Shown here piece after piece: positions 26,296 to 39,740 of a stretch of DNA of 64,000 bases. The DNA is from Chiloscyllium plagiosum (taxonomy: Eukaryota), in NCBI RefSeq assembly GCF_004010195.1, contig NC_057719.1:2596784-2660783 (forward strand). Direction: 5' to 3'. A program made the position numbers and the translations under genes. Position 1 is the first letter of the stretch; every line of letters begins with the position of its first letter. A model generated the notes under the pieces. It did not search any database. It was given only the letters and a program-made list of their open reading frames with translations, and had not been told where the DNA came from.

Positions 26296-26959
26296 ACTTA
26301 CCACGAACTATGGCCTCTCAGCCTGATTGCGTGTCACAGGTGAGTGTGCCTAGATGTTAAATTCTGGAATTCCCTTCTTAAACCTTACTACATTTCTCTT
26401 AACAGAAAGATAGGTGCTGTCACAGCAGCAGCCTGTGTTGTGGAGGGACAGCCACAGTGCTGTTAGGTAGGGAGTTCCAGGATTCACTGCCAGTGAGGAC
26501 GATGCCAAAGCTTCAAAGCATGATGATGTGGTTTGGAGGGAAACTCATTGGTGGTGGTGTTCACAGGCATCTGCTGCTGAGGTGGCAGAGCTCCCAGGAT
26601 TGCTACCAAGGGGTCTGGGTGGATTGTTGCATTGAATCTTGTGGATCATACCTACCTGCTGCCTGTGTTTGCATTGGTGCTGGATGGGGAGGCTGAGCAA
26701 GTGCACTGATTTTAGTCATCTGCCTCAATATCTCACCAGGCTCAGTGTCAACGTTTCTTCGATCGTTCATTGGGTGCAGTGTATTTGACCATTTTACTAC
26801 ATGCAGGGCAATATTTTGAAGCAGAGTTGTTAAATCTGAGGGTGTGGCAGTGCCAATGAAATTCCGGTCATGAGTCGGCATGTTCGTCCTGCTCTCCAAA
26901 GGAGAGTCTGGGCCTCCAACCAGGATCTCACCAGCCCTTCCCCACAGTCAAAACACGAC

Positions 26960-27992
26960 TTGGCAAGTTGGAACCAGAATTGGCTTCGTGGTAAGAGACA
27001 AAGGGTGGTGGTGGAAGGATGTTTGTGTGACTGGAGCTCAGTGTACTGTGAGTGTACCACAGAGATCAATGCTTGTTCCCTTATTGTTCATGATATATAT
27101 AAACAACACAGAGGAAAATGTTGGGGAGATGATGAGTAAGTGTGCGGATGACATGAAATGGGTGACTGACAATGAGGAGGAAAGTATTAGATGACACGAC
27201 AATGAAACAGACTGGTCAGATAGGCAGATGGATGTTAGATGACATTTAAGACTAAAAAATGCAAGGTTATGCATTTTTGAAGAAGTAACAAGACAAGAGA
27301 ATACTCAATAAGTGGCCAGGACACTAGGAATTTCAGATAAACAGAGGGATGTTTGTCCACACATCTCTGAGTGTGGCAGGACAGGCTATTAGGATAGCTA
27401 GGAAGGCATACGGGACACTTACCAGTTGTGGCATAGATTATAAGAGCAGGGAGGTTATGTTGGAGCTGTCCAGGACTTTGGTTAGACCACAACTGCTGTA
27501 CTGTGTGCTCTTCTGCTGACCCCAATATAGGAAGGCTTTGATTGCACTGGAGCAGGTACAGAGGAGATTCATCAGGATGTTGCCTGGGAATGAAGATAGA
27601 AGAGAGGTTAGATAAGCTCAGGTTGTTTACTTAAGATGAAAGAAGGCCTGGAAGGGGACCTGACTGAGTTGTATAAGATGGAGCGTGGAGCGGGTGGAGA
27701 GAAAGTAGTTGATTCCCTTAGTTGAAAGGTCAAGAACAAAGGGGCATAATTTTAACGTGAAAGGGTGGTATGTGTATGGAATGCTCTGTTGGAAGGGGTG
27801 TTGAGGCAGGAATCCTCACAATATTTTGAAAAGAAAGAACTTGGATGACCACTTGAAATATCATAACTTTCAAGGCTATGGGCCGAGTACGGGAATATGG
27901 GACTTGTATCGATCAAGTGTTGCTTTATGGGTTCAGGCTCCAAGGGCTAAAGGACCTGTTCTGTGCTGTATGATCCTACAATTTATGACTTA
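26960..27992 (+). mobile_element. Old CR1-clade LINE RT to 3' fragment
   Basis: [26 protein letters not shown]; decayed tail. Confidence 0.8.
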
Positions 27993-28121
27993 TCAAGAGT
28001 GCTCTGCAGGATGCCTATTGTCTCATCTCATTCAACTCCTTCTCTACGTTTATTCCAGTCAGAGCATCCAATGGCCAAAGCATCCAAGGCTATTGGCCAA
28101 GTGCTGGAAAATGGAATTACA

Positions 28122-28404
28122 TTAGATTAGATTAGATTCCCTACAGTGTGGAAACAGGCCCTTCGGCCCAACCAGTCCACATCGACCCTCCGAAGATTAA
28201 CCCACCCAGATCCATTCCCCTCTGAGTAATGCACATAACACTACAGGCAATTTAGCATGGCCAATTCACCTGACCTGCACATCTTTGGACTGTGGGAGGA
28301 AACCCACGCAGACACAGGGAGAATGTGCAAACTCCACACAGACAGTTGCCCCAGGCTGGAATTGAACCCAGGTCCCTGGCGCTGTGAGGCAGCAGTGCTA
28401 ACCA
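28122..28404 (-). mobile_element. HE1-type V-SINE, full length
   Basis: Minus strand GGCACGGTGGCTCAGTGGTTAGCACTGCTGCCTCACAGCGCCAGGGACCTGGGTTCAATTCC (A and B boxes); (CTAAT)n tail. Confidence 0.9.
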
Positions 28405-28683
28405 CTGAGCCACCGTGCCGCCCCAAATTAGAATTAGAATAGGTAGGTACAGACTTGATGGGCCAAAGGGCCTTTTTCTGTACTTTAGGCTTCTATGACT
28501 CATTGATTAACACAGACAGTTGCCCCAGGCTGGAATTGAACCCAGGTCCCTGGCGCTGTGAGGCAGCAGTGCTAACCACTGAGCCACCGTGCCACCCCAA
28601 ATTAGAATTAGAATAGGTAGGTACAGACTTGATGGGCCAAAGGGCCTTTTCTGTACTTTAGGCTTCTATGACTCATTGATTAA
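28337..28683 (+). repeat. 174-bp tandem duplication
   Basis: 28337-28510 and 28511-28683 differ by one substitution and one T. Confidence 0.95.
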
Positions 28684-29834
28684 TATGCATAGAGATTCCT
28701 ACTGTGTCTCCTGTTCATGAGACCTGCAGGATCCACTTATTTCTTGCCAAGAATAGAGGTGTCAATCTCCACCGGTATCTCTGAAGGCAAACATCAGATT
28801 ACAGTCTCTAAAGCCTCTCTTAAACTGGTTGTTGCCTGTAGTACAGGAGGTTAATTATCTCCTGTTCTGCTTGCTCTGCTCCCTCCTTCACATCTTCGTC
28901 CAATGTAGACTGGCACCCATCTAAGACCTTCAGCCCCAAGACATTCCCTCTCTGCAATATCAGACAATGATGACACTTTGAGGAAATGTTGCTTGAAACG
29001 AATAGATAACAGCCAAAACTTTCCAGCTGTCTTAAACAATGCATTGGCTATCTCCCTAGAAAATCCCAGACAATGCCACTGGGTCTCTGGAAGGAGCTGA
29101 ATCTGTAGAAATTCAATGGTTATGGTGCAGGCACAAACTCAGTGGGTACCCACTGATCAGCATATTCATAGCTCACTCTGCAGCATCGTACACAGGTCAG
29201 CAATGAGCCTCTCAGTACAGCTGCCATTGTCGTTGACATCAATGCTTTGACTGGTGGAGGTATTTCACACATGACTAGAACATTCTGGACTGTGATTGGG
29301 CCGAGGCATCCTGAATCCCGTCCACTAGTCATCTTTCTGAGGCTTGCCAGCCAGGTATTGGCCTGTTTTTGTTGGTGCTGTGACACTGATGTCTCTGGTG
29401 CACCCTCCCTTTGAACCATTCCAGTTCAACAGAGGGATTCAGCAGGACCAGGTGTCAGAGCGCACTGGTTCGTTTCCCATGTTATTCGTGCTGTCTTTGA
29501 AGGTGCCATGAGCCTGTTAACTATGGGCACTTCTTGTTGAATTAAATTATATTCGGTGAAATGAGGGCAGTTTAAAGCTTCATCTGCAAGACACTACAAG
29601 ACTCCGACAGTGCAGTACGCCCTCAATGCTGCACAAGAATCAGCCTGACTCTGTTTCCAAGCCCTTGGATTAAGAGTCATGCTTTCCAAGTCAGAGGCAG
29701 GAGTGCTAACTACTGATCCACATCCATTACTGACAAATCTGTTGGTGCTGCCGCCGGAAGAGAACAGCTTCTATTGGCCCCAGGATAAAAGTATTTTGCT
29801 TTTGATTTTGAAAAGCTTTGGAAAATCAAATGCT

Positions 29835-30678
29835 TTTGATTTCATTTGATTTACATGCACCTAGGTACAATGAAAAGTGTTCTGCTTGCAGTTAAGGAAG
29901 ATCGTACCACACAATGTGTTTGAGGGCAATAGCACAGAGCAAGGAATACAATGTTACGGCAGCAGAGAAGGAGCAGAAAGAGCGAGATCAACGTTAAATT
30001 TGAAGTTTGAGGGGTCCAATCACAAGCCTGATAACAGCAGGAAAGAAGCTGTTCTTGAATCTGTTGGCACCATGTATTTAAGGTTTTGGACCTTCTGCCT
30101 AATGGAAGAGGTTGGAAGAGATTGTAACCAGGGTGAGGGATCTTTATGCTGGCTCCCTTTCTGAGGCCGTGAGAAGTGTAGATGGAGTCAATGGATGGAA
30201 GGTTGGTTTACATGATAGTCTGGGCTGTGCATACAACTCTCTGTAGTTCCTTAGGCTTCTGGGCAGAGCAGTTTCCATACCAGGGGCACCCAGAAAGTAT
30301 GCTTTCTATGGTGCATCTGTAAAGGTTGGTGAGGGTCCCTATGGGCATGCTGAATTTCCTTAGTCTCCTGAGGAAGCAGAGGCATTGTTGTGCTTTGTTG
30401 ACCGTAGCATTGATGTGGGTGGAACAGACTGATGTTGGTGATCATCATTCCTCGGAATTTGACTCTTTCCACCATCTCCACTTCAGCTCTGTTGGCGTAG
30501 ATAGGGACATGCCCTCAACCTTCCTTCCTGAAATTGATGACCAGCTCTTTCATTTTGCTGATGTTGAGGGAGAGATTGCTATCTTTACACCATGCCACCA
30601 AGCACTCTACCTATTTCCTGGATTCCACCTCATCAATTGTTTGAAATCTTACCTACAGCAATGGTGTTGTCAGTGAAT
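29835..30678 (-). mobile_element. Rex1/Babar-clade LINE 3' fragment
   Basis: Minus-strand EMVERVKF, KAQQCLCFLRRLRKF and PLPLGRR...NRFKNSFFPAVIRL; related 3' UTR at about 40105-40280. Confidence 0.75.
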
Positions 30679-30896
30679 GTTTACTTTGCTATTTTGTAAC
30701 ATGCTGGTTTCCATTCTGAGATGTCTTCCTTTCTTATGTTATATAATGAGTTAACATCTGAGTGTGAGAAATTAAATGGTATACAATGCTATTTACCACA
30801 ACTCTTACGGGCAATTGTCGGAGGAAGGGCTAAGGATTAGAAACTGCAGTTTTCATCTGAACAGATTGGGAGGTATTAGGTGCATCAGTTATCAAA

Positions 30897-31197
30897 GTCA
30901 TAAAATCCCCACAATGCAGGAGGTAGCCATTCAGCCCATCAAGTCCACAGAAAGAGCGAGTGCCCTCCAAACAGCATCCCATCCAGACTCATCCCCCTAA
31001 TCCTGCATTTCCCATGGCTAATCTGCCTAACCTGCACATCTTTGGACTATGGGAGGAAACCAGAGCACCTGGAGGAAACCCATGCAGACACGGGGAGAAT
31101 ATGCAAACTCCACGCAGACAGTCACAGAGGCGGGAATTGAACCCAGGTCACGGGCACTGTGAGGCAGCATGCTAACCACTGAGCCATTGTACCATCC
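30897..31197 (-). mobile_element. HE1-type V-SINE
   Basis: Same head and central domain as 28122-28404. Confidence 0.85.
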
Positions 31198-31496
31198 AAG
31201 CACAATTTTGGACATAGCTCCATCTCCTGCTCCCATTTTCCTCTATCAGTTTTTCAGCCTGCATTCCCATGAAAGCAAACAGGAGAAGCAATTCACCAGA
31301 CTTGTAAAAGGTGCTGATGGCTTGTCATTGGCCACTTCTCACTTTTGTCCAAGATCACTTTCATCCTTAAGGTGAGAATTGAGCTGAGAGATTTTAAGAA
31401 CCAAAAGTATGGTTCTAACTCTGAGCCTTGTGGAATGCCACTGAGTACTTCCCAGCCCTCCAATTCGACCATAACTTCTCTATCAAGTACACTGTG

Positions 31497-31760
31497 GGGC
31501 AGCATGGTGGCTCAGTGGTTAGCACTGCTACCCCACAGTGCCAGGGACCCAGGTTCAATTCCCGCCTTAGGCGACTGTCTGCGTGGTTTCCTCCAGGTGC
31601 TCCAGTTTCCTCCCACAATCCAAAGATGTGCAAGTCAGGTGAATTGGTCAAGAGTAAATGTAGAGTAGTAGGATAGGTGAATGGATCTGGGTGGGTTGCT
31701 CTTCGGGGGGTTGGTATGGACTTGTTGGGCCAAATGGCCTGTTTCCACACTGTAGGGATT
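31497..31760 (+). mobile_element. HE1-type V-SINE
   Basis: A and B boxes, partial central domain, tail. Confidence 0.85.
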
Positions 31761-31764
31761 GACC

Positions 31765-33720
31765 TCTACACTGCTGAAGCCAGGTGCCAACTTGCAGACA
31801 CCTCCTCCTACTGCCCCCTTGATCACGACATCACCTCCCATCACTAGACCATCCACAACCTCATCACCTCTGGGGATCTCCAACCTCATTGTCCATGAAC
31901 ACAGCACCACCCAGTTCTACCTCCTTCCTAAGATTCACAAACCTGACTGCCCCGGTTGACCCATTGTCTCAGCTTGCACCTGTCCCACTGAACCCATCTC
32001 TTCAAACCTTGAAACTGTCCTGTCCCGCTTAGTCCAGGAACTCCCCACCTACATTCATGACACCACCTACACTCTTCAGTTCCTCCAAGGTTTCCGTTTC
32101 CCTAGCCCCCAATGCCTCATCTTCACCATGGACATCCAGTCCCTATATACATGATTCCACCACAACGAAGGTCTCCAAATCCTCCGTTTCTTCCTCTCAT
32201 GCTGTCCCAACCAGTACCCTTCCGACACCCTCATCTGCCTGGCTGAACTGGTCCTCAACCTCAACAAATTCTCCTTCGAATTCTCCTACTTCCTCGAAAT
32301 GAAAGGAGTAGCCATGGGCACCCATAGGAGACCCAGCTATGCCTGCCAGTTTGTCGGTTACGTGGAACAATCCATCTTCTGCAGTTACACCCACCACCTG
32401 TTCCTCCGCCACATCGATGACTATATCAGCGCTGCCTCATGCTCCCACTAGGAGGTTGAACAGTTCATCAACTTTACCAATACCTTCCACCCCAACCTCA
32501 AATTCACCAGGACCATCTCAGCAACCTCCCTCCCCTTCCTTGACCTCTCCGTCACCATCTCTGGCAACCGACTAATCACAGACATATACTACAAGCCCAC
32601 CAACTCCCACAGCTACCTGGATTACACCTCCTCTGACCCTACCTTCTGTAAAAGCGCCATCTCTCATTCCCAAATCCTCCGCCTCCATCACATCTGTTCC
32701 CAAGATGATCAATCCCACCTCAGAAAATTCCAGATATCCTCTTTCTTCCACGATCACAACTTCCCTTCCCACATGGTTGACAATGCCCTCCAGCACATCT
32801 CCAAAACTTCACGCACCATTGCCCTTGAACCCCAGCCCTCCCAAAGCAACAAGAATAGAACTCCCTCGGTCCTCACATTCCACCCCACTAACCTCCGCAT
32901 TCATCACATTATCCTCCGCCACCTCCAAACGGATCCCACCACCAAAGATATTTCCCTCCCTACCCCATTAGTGTTCCTGACAGTCCATTCCCTCCGCGAC
33001 TCCCTCATCAAGTCCATGCTCCCACCAGCCCATACCTCCTGGCAACTTTCCCTACCACCGCAAGAAGTGCAAAGCCTGTGCCCAGATCCCTCCCCTCACC
33101 TTTGTCCAAGGCCCCAAATTCACCTGTACTTCTACTAATGTCATCTACTGCATCTGTTCCACCCGGTTTGGTTTCCTCTACATTGGGGAGATAGGATGCC
33201 TTCTTGTGGATTGTTTCAGAGAACATCTCTTGGAACCCCCACCCACCAACCCCACCGCCCCGTGGCTGAACACTTCAACTCCCCCTCCCACTCCGTCAAG
33301 GACATGCAGGTCCTGAGCCTCCTCCATTGCCAAACTCCTATCACCTGACACCTGGAGGAGGAACACCTCATCTCCTGCTTTGGGACCCCGCAACCACATG
33401 AGATAAATATTGATTTCAACAGCTTCCTCATTTCTCCTCCCCCCCCCCCCAACTTTATCCCAAGTCTCCAACTCAGCATGGTCTTCCAGACCCATCCATC
33501 ATTCCCCCCCTCTGCCCTATTACTTTCTCTCTCACCTTCATCCACCATTCTGCTTTCCCAGCTACCTTCCCCCAACCCCACCCCACCCTCCCATTTATCT
33601 CTCAACCTCCCAGCCCACAAACCTCATTCCTGATTAAGGGCTTATACCTGAAATGTCGATTCTCCTGCTCCTTGGATGCTGCCTGACCTGCTGTGCTTTT
33701 CCAGCAACACACCCTCAATT
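31765..33720 (+). mobile_element. Penelope-like element (RT and GIY-YIG), degraded
   Basis: FYLLPKIHKPDCPG, LIFTMDIQSLY, GVAMGT, FLRHIDD, NVIYCIC...LYIGE and VAEHFNSPSHS; family A terminus. Confidence 0.9.
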
Positions 33721-34249
33721 CTATGAATTCCCCCTGGATTTCTGTTACCTGCAATTTGTTTCTGAATCTAGGTCATTGATGTGAATTAGTTTCACTGCGG
33801 ATGAAGCTCCTGGAATTTATGCCAGGATGGGGTTTGTTGTGCCAGGATGTTTGCACAATGTTGAGTTTCAAAATTAACATTTCGGACTCTTGTGGTGTCA
33901 TGACAGTCTCCCTACCTCTGGGTCAGAAGGTCTGAGTTCAACTTGCACTTACCCTGTGAATTTACCATAGCATATCTAAAACATTTAAAAACCAAAAGTG
34001 GTGGTTCGAATTCTGAGCCTTGTGGAATGTTACTGAGTACTTCCCACCTCTCCACTTTGACTAGAACTCCTCTATCAAGTAGCAGAGGAGGCTTTATTCT
34101 GCCCAAGACTTGACAGTAGGCTCAGCTAACAGCCTTGAAATTCTTTGGTCGTACACACCTGAGTATGGCTTGAAAAAGACACTTTATATCAAAGATTTTT
34201 ATCTTGCACTCCTCAAGATAATTTGCAAGAAATGCCAGAATAAAAGGGA

Positions 34250-34592
34250 AACAACACTACCATTATAGGGCAAGCGAAACAAAGAACAGCCAGGGAATTC
34301 CTAGAAGCATGGCACTCATCCACAAACTCCATCAACAAACACATAGACCTGGACCCAATATACCGGCCACTACAGCGGACAGCTGAAACTGACAACCGGA
34401 AGCGGCAGGGACAGGCCACTATAAACACCGGAGGAAACACCACTTCACAGGAGAAGCGCTTCACAGGAGGCTCCCAAGCACTGAGGATGTCACCTAGACA
34501 GAGGATGAAACGTTTACAACAAAAGCTTCCAGCTCGGCGAACAGAACCACAGCAACGAGCACCCGAGCTACAAATCTTCTCACAAACTTTGA
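34250..34592 (+). mobile_element. Penelope-like 3' fragment (family C)
   Basis: NTTIIGQAKQRTAREFLEAWHSSTNSINKHIDLDPIY (GIY-YIG C-terminal type) followed by a hammerhead-like motif at 34478-34517. Confidence 0.8.
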
Positions 34593-34679
34593 ACAACTTT
34601 TCTTATATCATCTGAGAAAAGAATGATGATTGATTGGCATGTGGTCTTGTTGCTAGAGGCTTTGCCATGGCAAATGTAC

Positions 34680-36395
34680 CAATTGGATGATGAGGGCAGA
34701 GCAGTGGACGTGATCGTTATGGACCTCAGTAAGACATTCAACAAGATTCCACGTGGCAGAATGGTTAGCAACGTTAGATCATACAGAATAAAAAGAGTAC
34801 CAGCCAGGTACTTGGTGGTGGAGGGTTGCTTTTCAGACTGGAGGCCTCTGACTGGCGGTGTGCCACAAGGATCAGTGCTTTGTCCGCTGCGTGTGACTAT
34901 GTGAGGTATGGTTAGTAGGGTTGCAGATGACACCAAAATTGGAGGTACAGTGAACTGGAAAGAAAGTTACCTCAGAGTACAATGAGATCTTGATCAGAGG
35001 GCCAATGGGCTGAGGATTGACAGACGCAGTTTAATTTAGATAAATGTGAGCTGCTGAATTTTGGAAAGGCAAATCAGAGCAGCAATTACACACTTAATGG
35101 TAAGTAGGGGGTGCAGATTCATAGTTCCTTGAAAGTGGAGTTGCAGGTAGATAGGATAGTGAAGAAGATGTTTGGTATGCTCACCTTTATAGGTCAGCGC
35201 ATTATAGTATCGGATTTGGGAGGTCATGTTGTGGTTGTACAGGTCATTGCTGAGGCCACTTTCAGATTCCTGCATGCAATTTGAGCACCCTGTATAGGAA
35301 GGATGTTGTGGAACTTAAAAGGCTTCAAAAACGGTTTTCAAGGATGTTGTTGGACTGGAGAGTTTGAGCTGCAGGGAGAGGCTGAATAGAATGGGGCTGT
35401 TTTCTCTGGAGTATCGAAGGCTAAGGGGTGACTTTATGGAAGTTTATATAATCATGAGGGGCATGGATACAGTAAACAGTCAAGGTCTTTCTCCAGGGTA
35501 AGGCAGTCCAAAACCAGAAGGCATAGGTTTAAGGTGAGAGGGGAAAGATATAAAAGAAACCTAAGGAGCAACTTTTTCATACAGACAGTGGTGCATGTAT
35601 GGAAAGAGCTATAAGAGGAAATGGTGGAGGCTAGTACAATTTGTTATGGACTAGGCCAGACCACTCAAAACATTCTTGAGCAGGCAAATCAGACCATAAC
35701 CTTGCAATTTGTTTCGGTAAGTGTACAGTGAAAATTACCCAGAGGAATTTAGCCAGGTTGACTATCAGGTTTTAAAACAGACAGAAATTTATTCACAAAA
35801 TTACGCAGTGAAACACGAAGAACAGAATAAAGAACCGCTACAGATCTCAGTCTATCCAAACTAGACTTAAGTATGCTGTTCTGAATATACACAACAGTTC
35901 CAATAAACAAACCCTCTTAAAAAAACAGTAAAAAAATGGAACAGATGCTTACAGGTTGAAGTTAGAAGCGCAGAAGGAGAGAGAGAACCTAATTCCACAC
36001 AGCTGAACTCCTAACAGCTAGAGAGCTGACCACTCCCCTTTCATTATACAGGTCACTTCTAAAGCATGACCACTTTGGTCTGAAGTCATATAAACATATA
36101 AACTAAAGGCCTCTCAAAATCCTTTTTCATCTCTGTACCAAACCAGTCACTCCGGACCCCTCTGAAAAAAACTAAGGACACAGTATCTTTGAGAAAAAGA
36201 ACAGCTTTTAGAATAAAAAGGGACCAGCTTTGTGACAAATTACAACATTTAAAAGGCATCTGGTTGGGTAGATGAATAGAAAGGGTTAGATGGATATGGG
36301 CCAAGTGCTGGCAAATGTGACTAGATTAATTTAGGATATCTGCTCAGTGTGGACAAATTGGACCGAAGGACTTTATGACCTTATGGCTCTATAAC
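34680..36395 (+). mobile_element. CR1-clade LINE RT to 3' end, interrupted by an LTR
   Basis: [24 protein letters not shown] and tail. Confidence 0.88.
35642..36237 (-). mobile_element. Solo LTR, 596 bp
   Basis: TG...CA termini; perfect 4-bp TSD AATT at 35638-35641 and 36238-36241 inside CR1 sequence. Confidence 0.85.
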
Positions 36396-36799
36396 TGACA
36401 GTTAACTGCCAAGGTTTGTTTAAATTTTAAATCAGGTTGGTTGACTCTGCTTGATCAAGATCATTTTTGAACTGAAAAGTGCTCAATTTATCTCAAATTA
36501 TTTGGGAGGGATAAGGTATCTTGAAAGTGTAAGCAACAGCTAAAGCTAGCTGTTTCATGTTGCTATTGTCTAGTATCTCACAGAACACTGCCTTGAAGCC
36601 AAAGTGATGGCCTGCCCATTATACGGATATGTAATGTGGTATATGAATTTCAGCGATGGTGTGAAATTTTAAAATTCATTCATGGGATATGTGTGCCATT
36701 GGCTGGGCCAGTGAGTTTTGATAAGATTTATGGACCAGCATTTATTGCTGATTGCTAGTCATTGGAGAGAAGGTGGTGGTGGCCTGCTGTCTAAGATGT

Positions 36800-37890
36800 T
36801 TGATGCACATCCAGAGGACTGTCAGGTTGCATCAAACAGTTGAACTCTTTGGTTGCTGGCAACAAACAAGATATTGACTGTACCATCACCCGCCAATGCT
36901 GGCAAAACGCAAAACACAAAACACAAAACACAGTGTCCAAATGTCATACGCAATTCTGTGATTGGACAGCATTTGCTGAATCACTCTGAGTTTGTTAGGC
37001 TGACAAACAATTGTCAGGTTTGCAGAGTGGCATTCCCATTTACAGATGTGGGTACTGCTGACTACACCATTGCCATGGGTGTACAGTCAGATGTAGGTAG
37101 AAGTGGGTACTGCAGATGCTGGAGATTAGAGTCAAGGTTAGAATGGAGCTGGAAAAGCACAGCAGATCAGGCAGCATCCGAGGAGCAGGATGAAGGGCTG
37201 ATGAAGGGCTCCTGCCCGACTCTCCTGCTCCTTGGATGCTGCCCGATCTGCCGTGTTTTTCCAGCACCACTCTCATCTTGACTATAGTCATATGTAGACC
37301 AGGCCAAGTATAAAAAGCCAATTTCCATCCTTAAAGGACATGAGTGAATCAGTCACATTTTTCGCAACAATCATTGGAGTCTTAATTCCAGATTTTTATT
37401 CAATTTAAATACACTATCTGCCAGGACAAGATTCAAACCTGGATCCACTGAACAGTACCTGAGTCTCTAGATGAATAGTTTAGTATACTACGATGATGCC
37501 ATTGACACCCTTTGTAGATACTGGAATATTTGCAGGGCAGAAAGAACATGTATAAACATGATGCCTGTCTCATTTCAACAAAACAGGGGACAGTCATTCA
37601 CAAGCTCACTTCTCAAGGCAATTCCAGTGACAAATTAAAAGTCAACTTGTCTGGTTTAACATTTAAACAAAGCTTGGCTGTTAACTGTCGGATATCATTT
37701 AACACTTGCATTTCCCATTGTAACACCTCTACCTAACAAAGTCCATTTGCCAACCAATCAGCAGTCTCTTCTCAGACAGTATTTGTAACAAGAAATGCTT
37801 TTCCTTTACGTTGGTATTCTTGTGATTTGTCCTGATGTGTGCAAGATGAAAAGTTTTAATAAAATGTATAACTTTTCAGCAATATTCAAC
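36800..37890 (+). mobile_element. Ancient Penelope-like 3' remnants (family F) mixed with a SINE and a fold-back insertion
   Basis: SVIGQHLLNH near 36955; decayed hammerhead-like motif at 37827-37862; fold-back insert 37097-37285 with a 12-bp TSD. Confidence 0.5.
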
Positions 37891-38261
37891 CCTTGATGTT
37901 TAATCAATGAAACAGGACTTAATCAAAGTTTAGCTGGGAAGAAAATTCCTCCAACAAGAAAGATAGGTTGTATCCTTACTAACTCCAAGTTGCCAGGTCT
38001 CACAAAGATCCTTTAGCCTGTTTAGAACTTCCACTTCATTGATATTAAACTGACTGATTTTGCCCGGTTTAATCTTGCCCAGGGATGGCATGTTGCTCAT
38101 GACATCTTTGTGAATACTTGGCAGAAGCAGACAATTATAATGATCACTAACGTGTGCTAATATGCTGTGTCTTGCTAAGGTTTACATTGATTATTACTTT
38201 TACCTTCTTCTTGACTGCCCTATTGCCGAAAAATATATGAGTACGCTTTTTACAACAAAAA

Positions 38262-38612
38262 GAAAGACTTGCATTTGTATAGTCCCTTGTACAACTTTCA
38301 GAGATTCCAAAATACTGTCCAGTTACTGAAGCATAGTGATTGCTGTGATCCAATAATTGGGATAGTTAATTTCCAAACAGCCTATTTCTATAAATAACAA
38401 TGCTTGATCTGCTATATTGATGTTGGTTGAGGCATTAATATTGACCAGAACTCTGGGGCAAACTCCCTGGCTTTTCTTTGAGTGATGAAAGCTTATCCAT
38501 CATTCGGAGTGTGCAGATGAGAGCTTGGTTTAACAGCTCATCCTAAAGAAGTGAACTCTGGAAGTGAGGACTTCTTCCGTACTGCACTGGGGTCTCAGCA
38601 TAGATGTTCGCA
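38262..38612 (-). mobile_element. Deu-domain SINE (SacSINE1/AmnSINE1-like), old
   Basis: Tail AAAGACTTGCATTTGTATAG; core GATGTTGGTTGAGG...GGTTTAACAGCTCATCC...GTACTGCACTGG recognised from the family consensus; second fragment at about 29600-29725. Confidence 0.6.
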
Positions 38613-39175
38613 TTGAACTGAAACAAATAATCTGTTTCAGAGTTGAGAATGCTTTCAATTGAATGACAGCTGGCACTTTGTCAGCATTCTCTATTAACAC
38701 ATATTTTCTGATCACACAGCAACCTTTGTGAATCCTTTCTTCATTGTTGTATGACTGTTCACCTAGAAAACTCCATGTCTCTGGTAATGGGTTCTGTGTG
38801 TTACTCACGAGCCTGATCCGAGAGTTGCAATTCCTACTGCACACTTGGCAGGTGTTTCCAGAAAATGGAAGTGGTCCTTGGTCTTGATTGACGTTCCTTT
38901 CTCCACTTCTTTGTCAGCACTTCCTCCTGCCCAATGGGTGTTCCATTTCTTTCGCAAGAATTTACAGCCTGGCAGACTGATACAGCCCAGAGATTATTCA
39001 GTCCATTGCGCCTTCTCTTTTGGAAAAGCTATGAAGTTAATCAAATTCCACTGCACTTTCCACATAATTCAGCAAATGTTGCTCTCTCAATATTTAACTC
39101 ATTTCTTATTGAAAGTTATTGCTGTTGTTACACTTTCAATATCCATTTGAAACTGAGCTGAGAAGGAATTTCTTG

Positions 39176-39740
39176 GAGTCATAGAGATGTACAGCATACC
39201 AAATGTCTTCTTCTATCCTATCTAACTGCGACTTCACTTTCAAGGAGCTATGAACCTGCACTCCAAGGTCTTTTTGTTCAGCAACACTCGAATTAAACTC
39301 CATCTGCCACTTCTCAGCCCATTGGCCCATCTGATCAAGATCCTGTTGTAATCTGAGGTAACATTCTTCGCTACATATCCAATTTTGGTGTCATGAGCAA
39401 ACTTACTAACTACACCTGTTATGCTCACATCATTTATATCAATAATGAAAAGTAGTGGACCCAGCACCGATCCTGTGGTACTCCACTGGTCACAGGCCTC
39501 TAGTCAGAAAAACAACCCTCCACTACTACCCTCTGTCTCCTAACTCTGAGCCAGTTCTGTCTCCAAATGGCTAGTTCTCACTGTATTCCATGAGATCTAA
39601 CATTGCTCACCCATGGGGAACCTTGTCAAACACATTACTGAAGTCCATATAGATCACATCTACTGCTCTACCCTCATCAATCCTCTTTGTTACTTCTTCA
39701 AAAAACTCAATCAAGTTTGTGAGACATGATTTCCCATGCG
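39176..39740 (-). mobile_element. CR1-clade LINE, internally deleted
   Basis: VLGPLLFII, KFAHDTK and MGQWAEKWQMEFN on the minus strand. Confidence 0.88.

Noticed and set aside
28345..28404. tRNA gene
   Set aside because: The A and B boxes belong to the tRNA-derived head of a multicopy HE1-type SINE and continue into the SINE body
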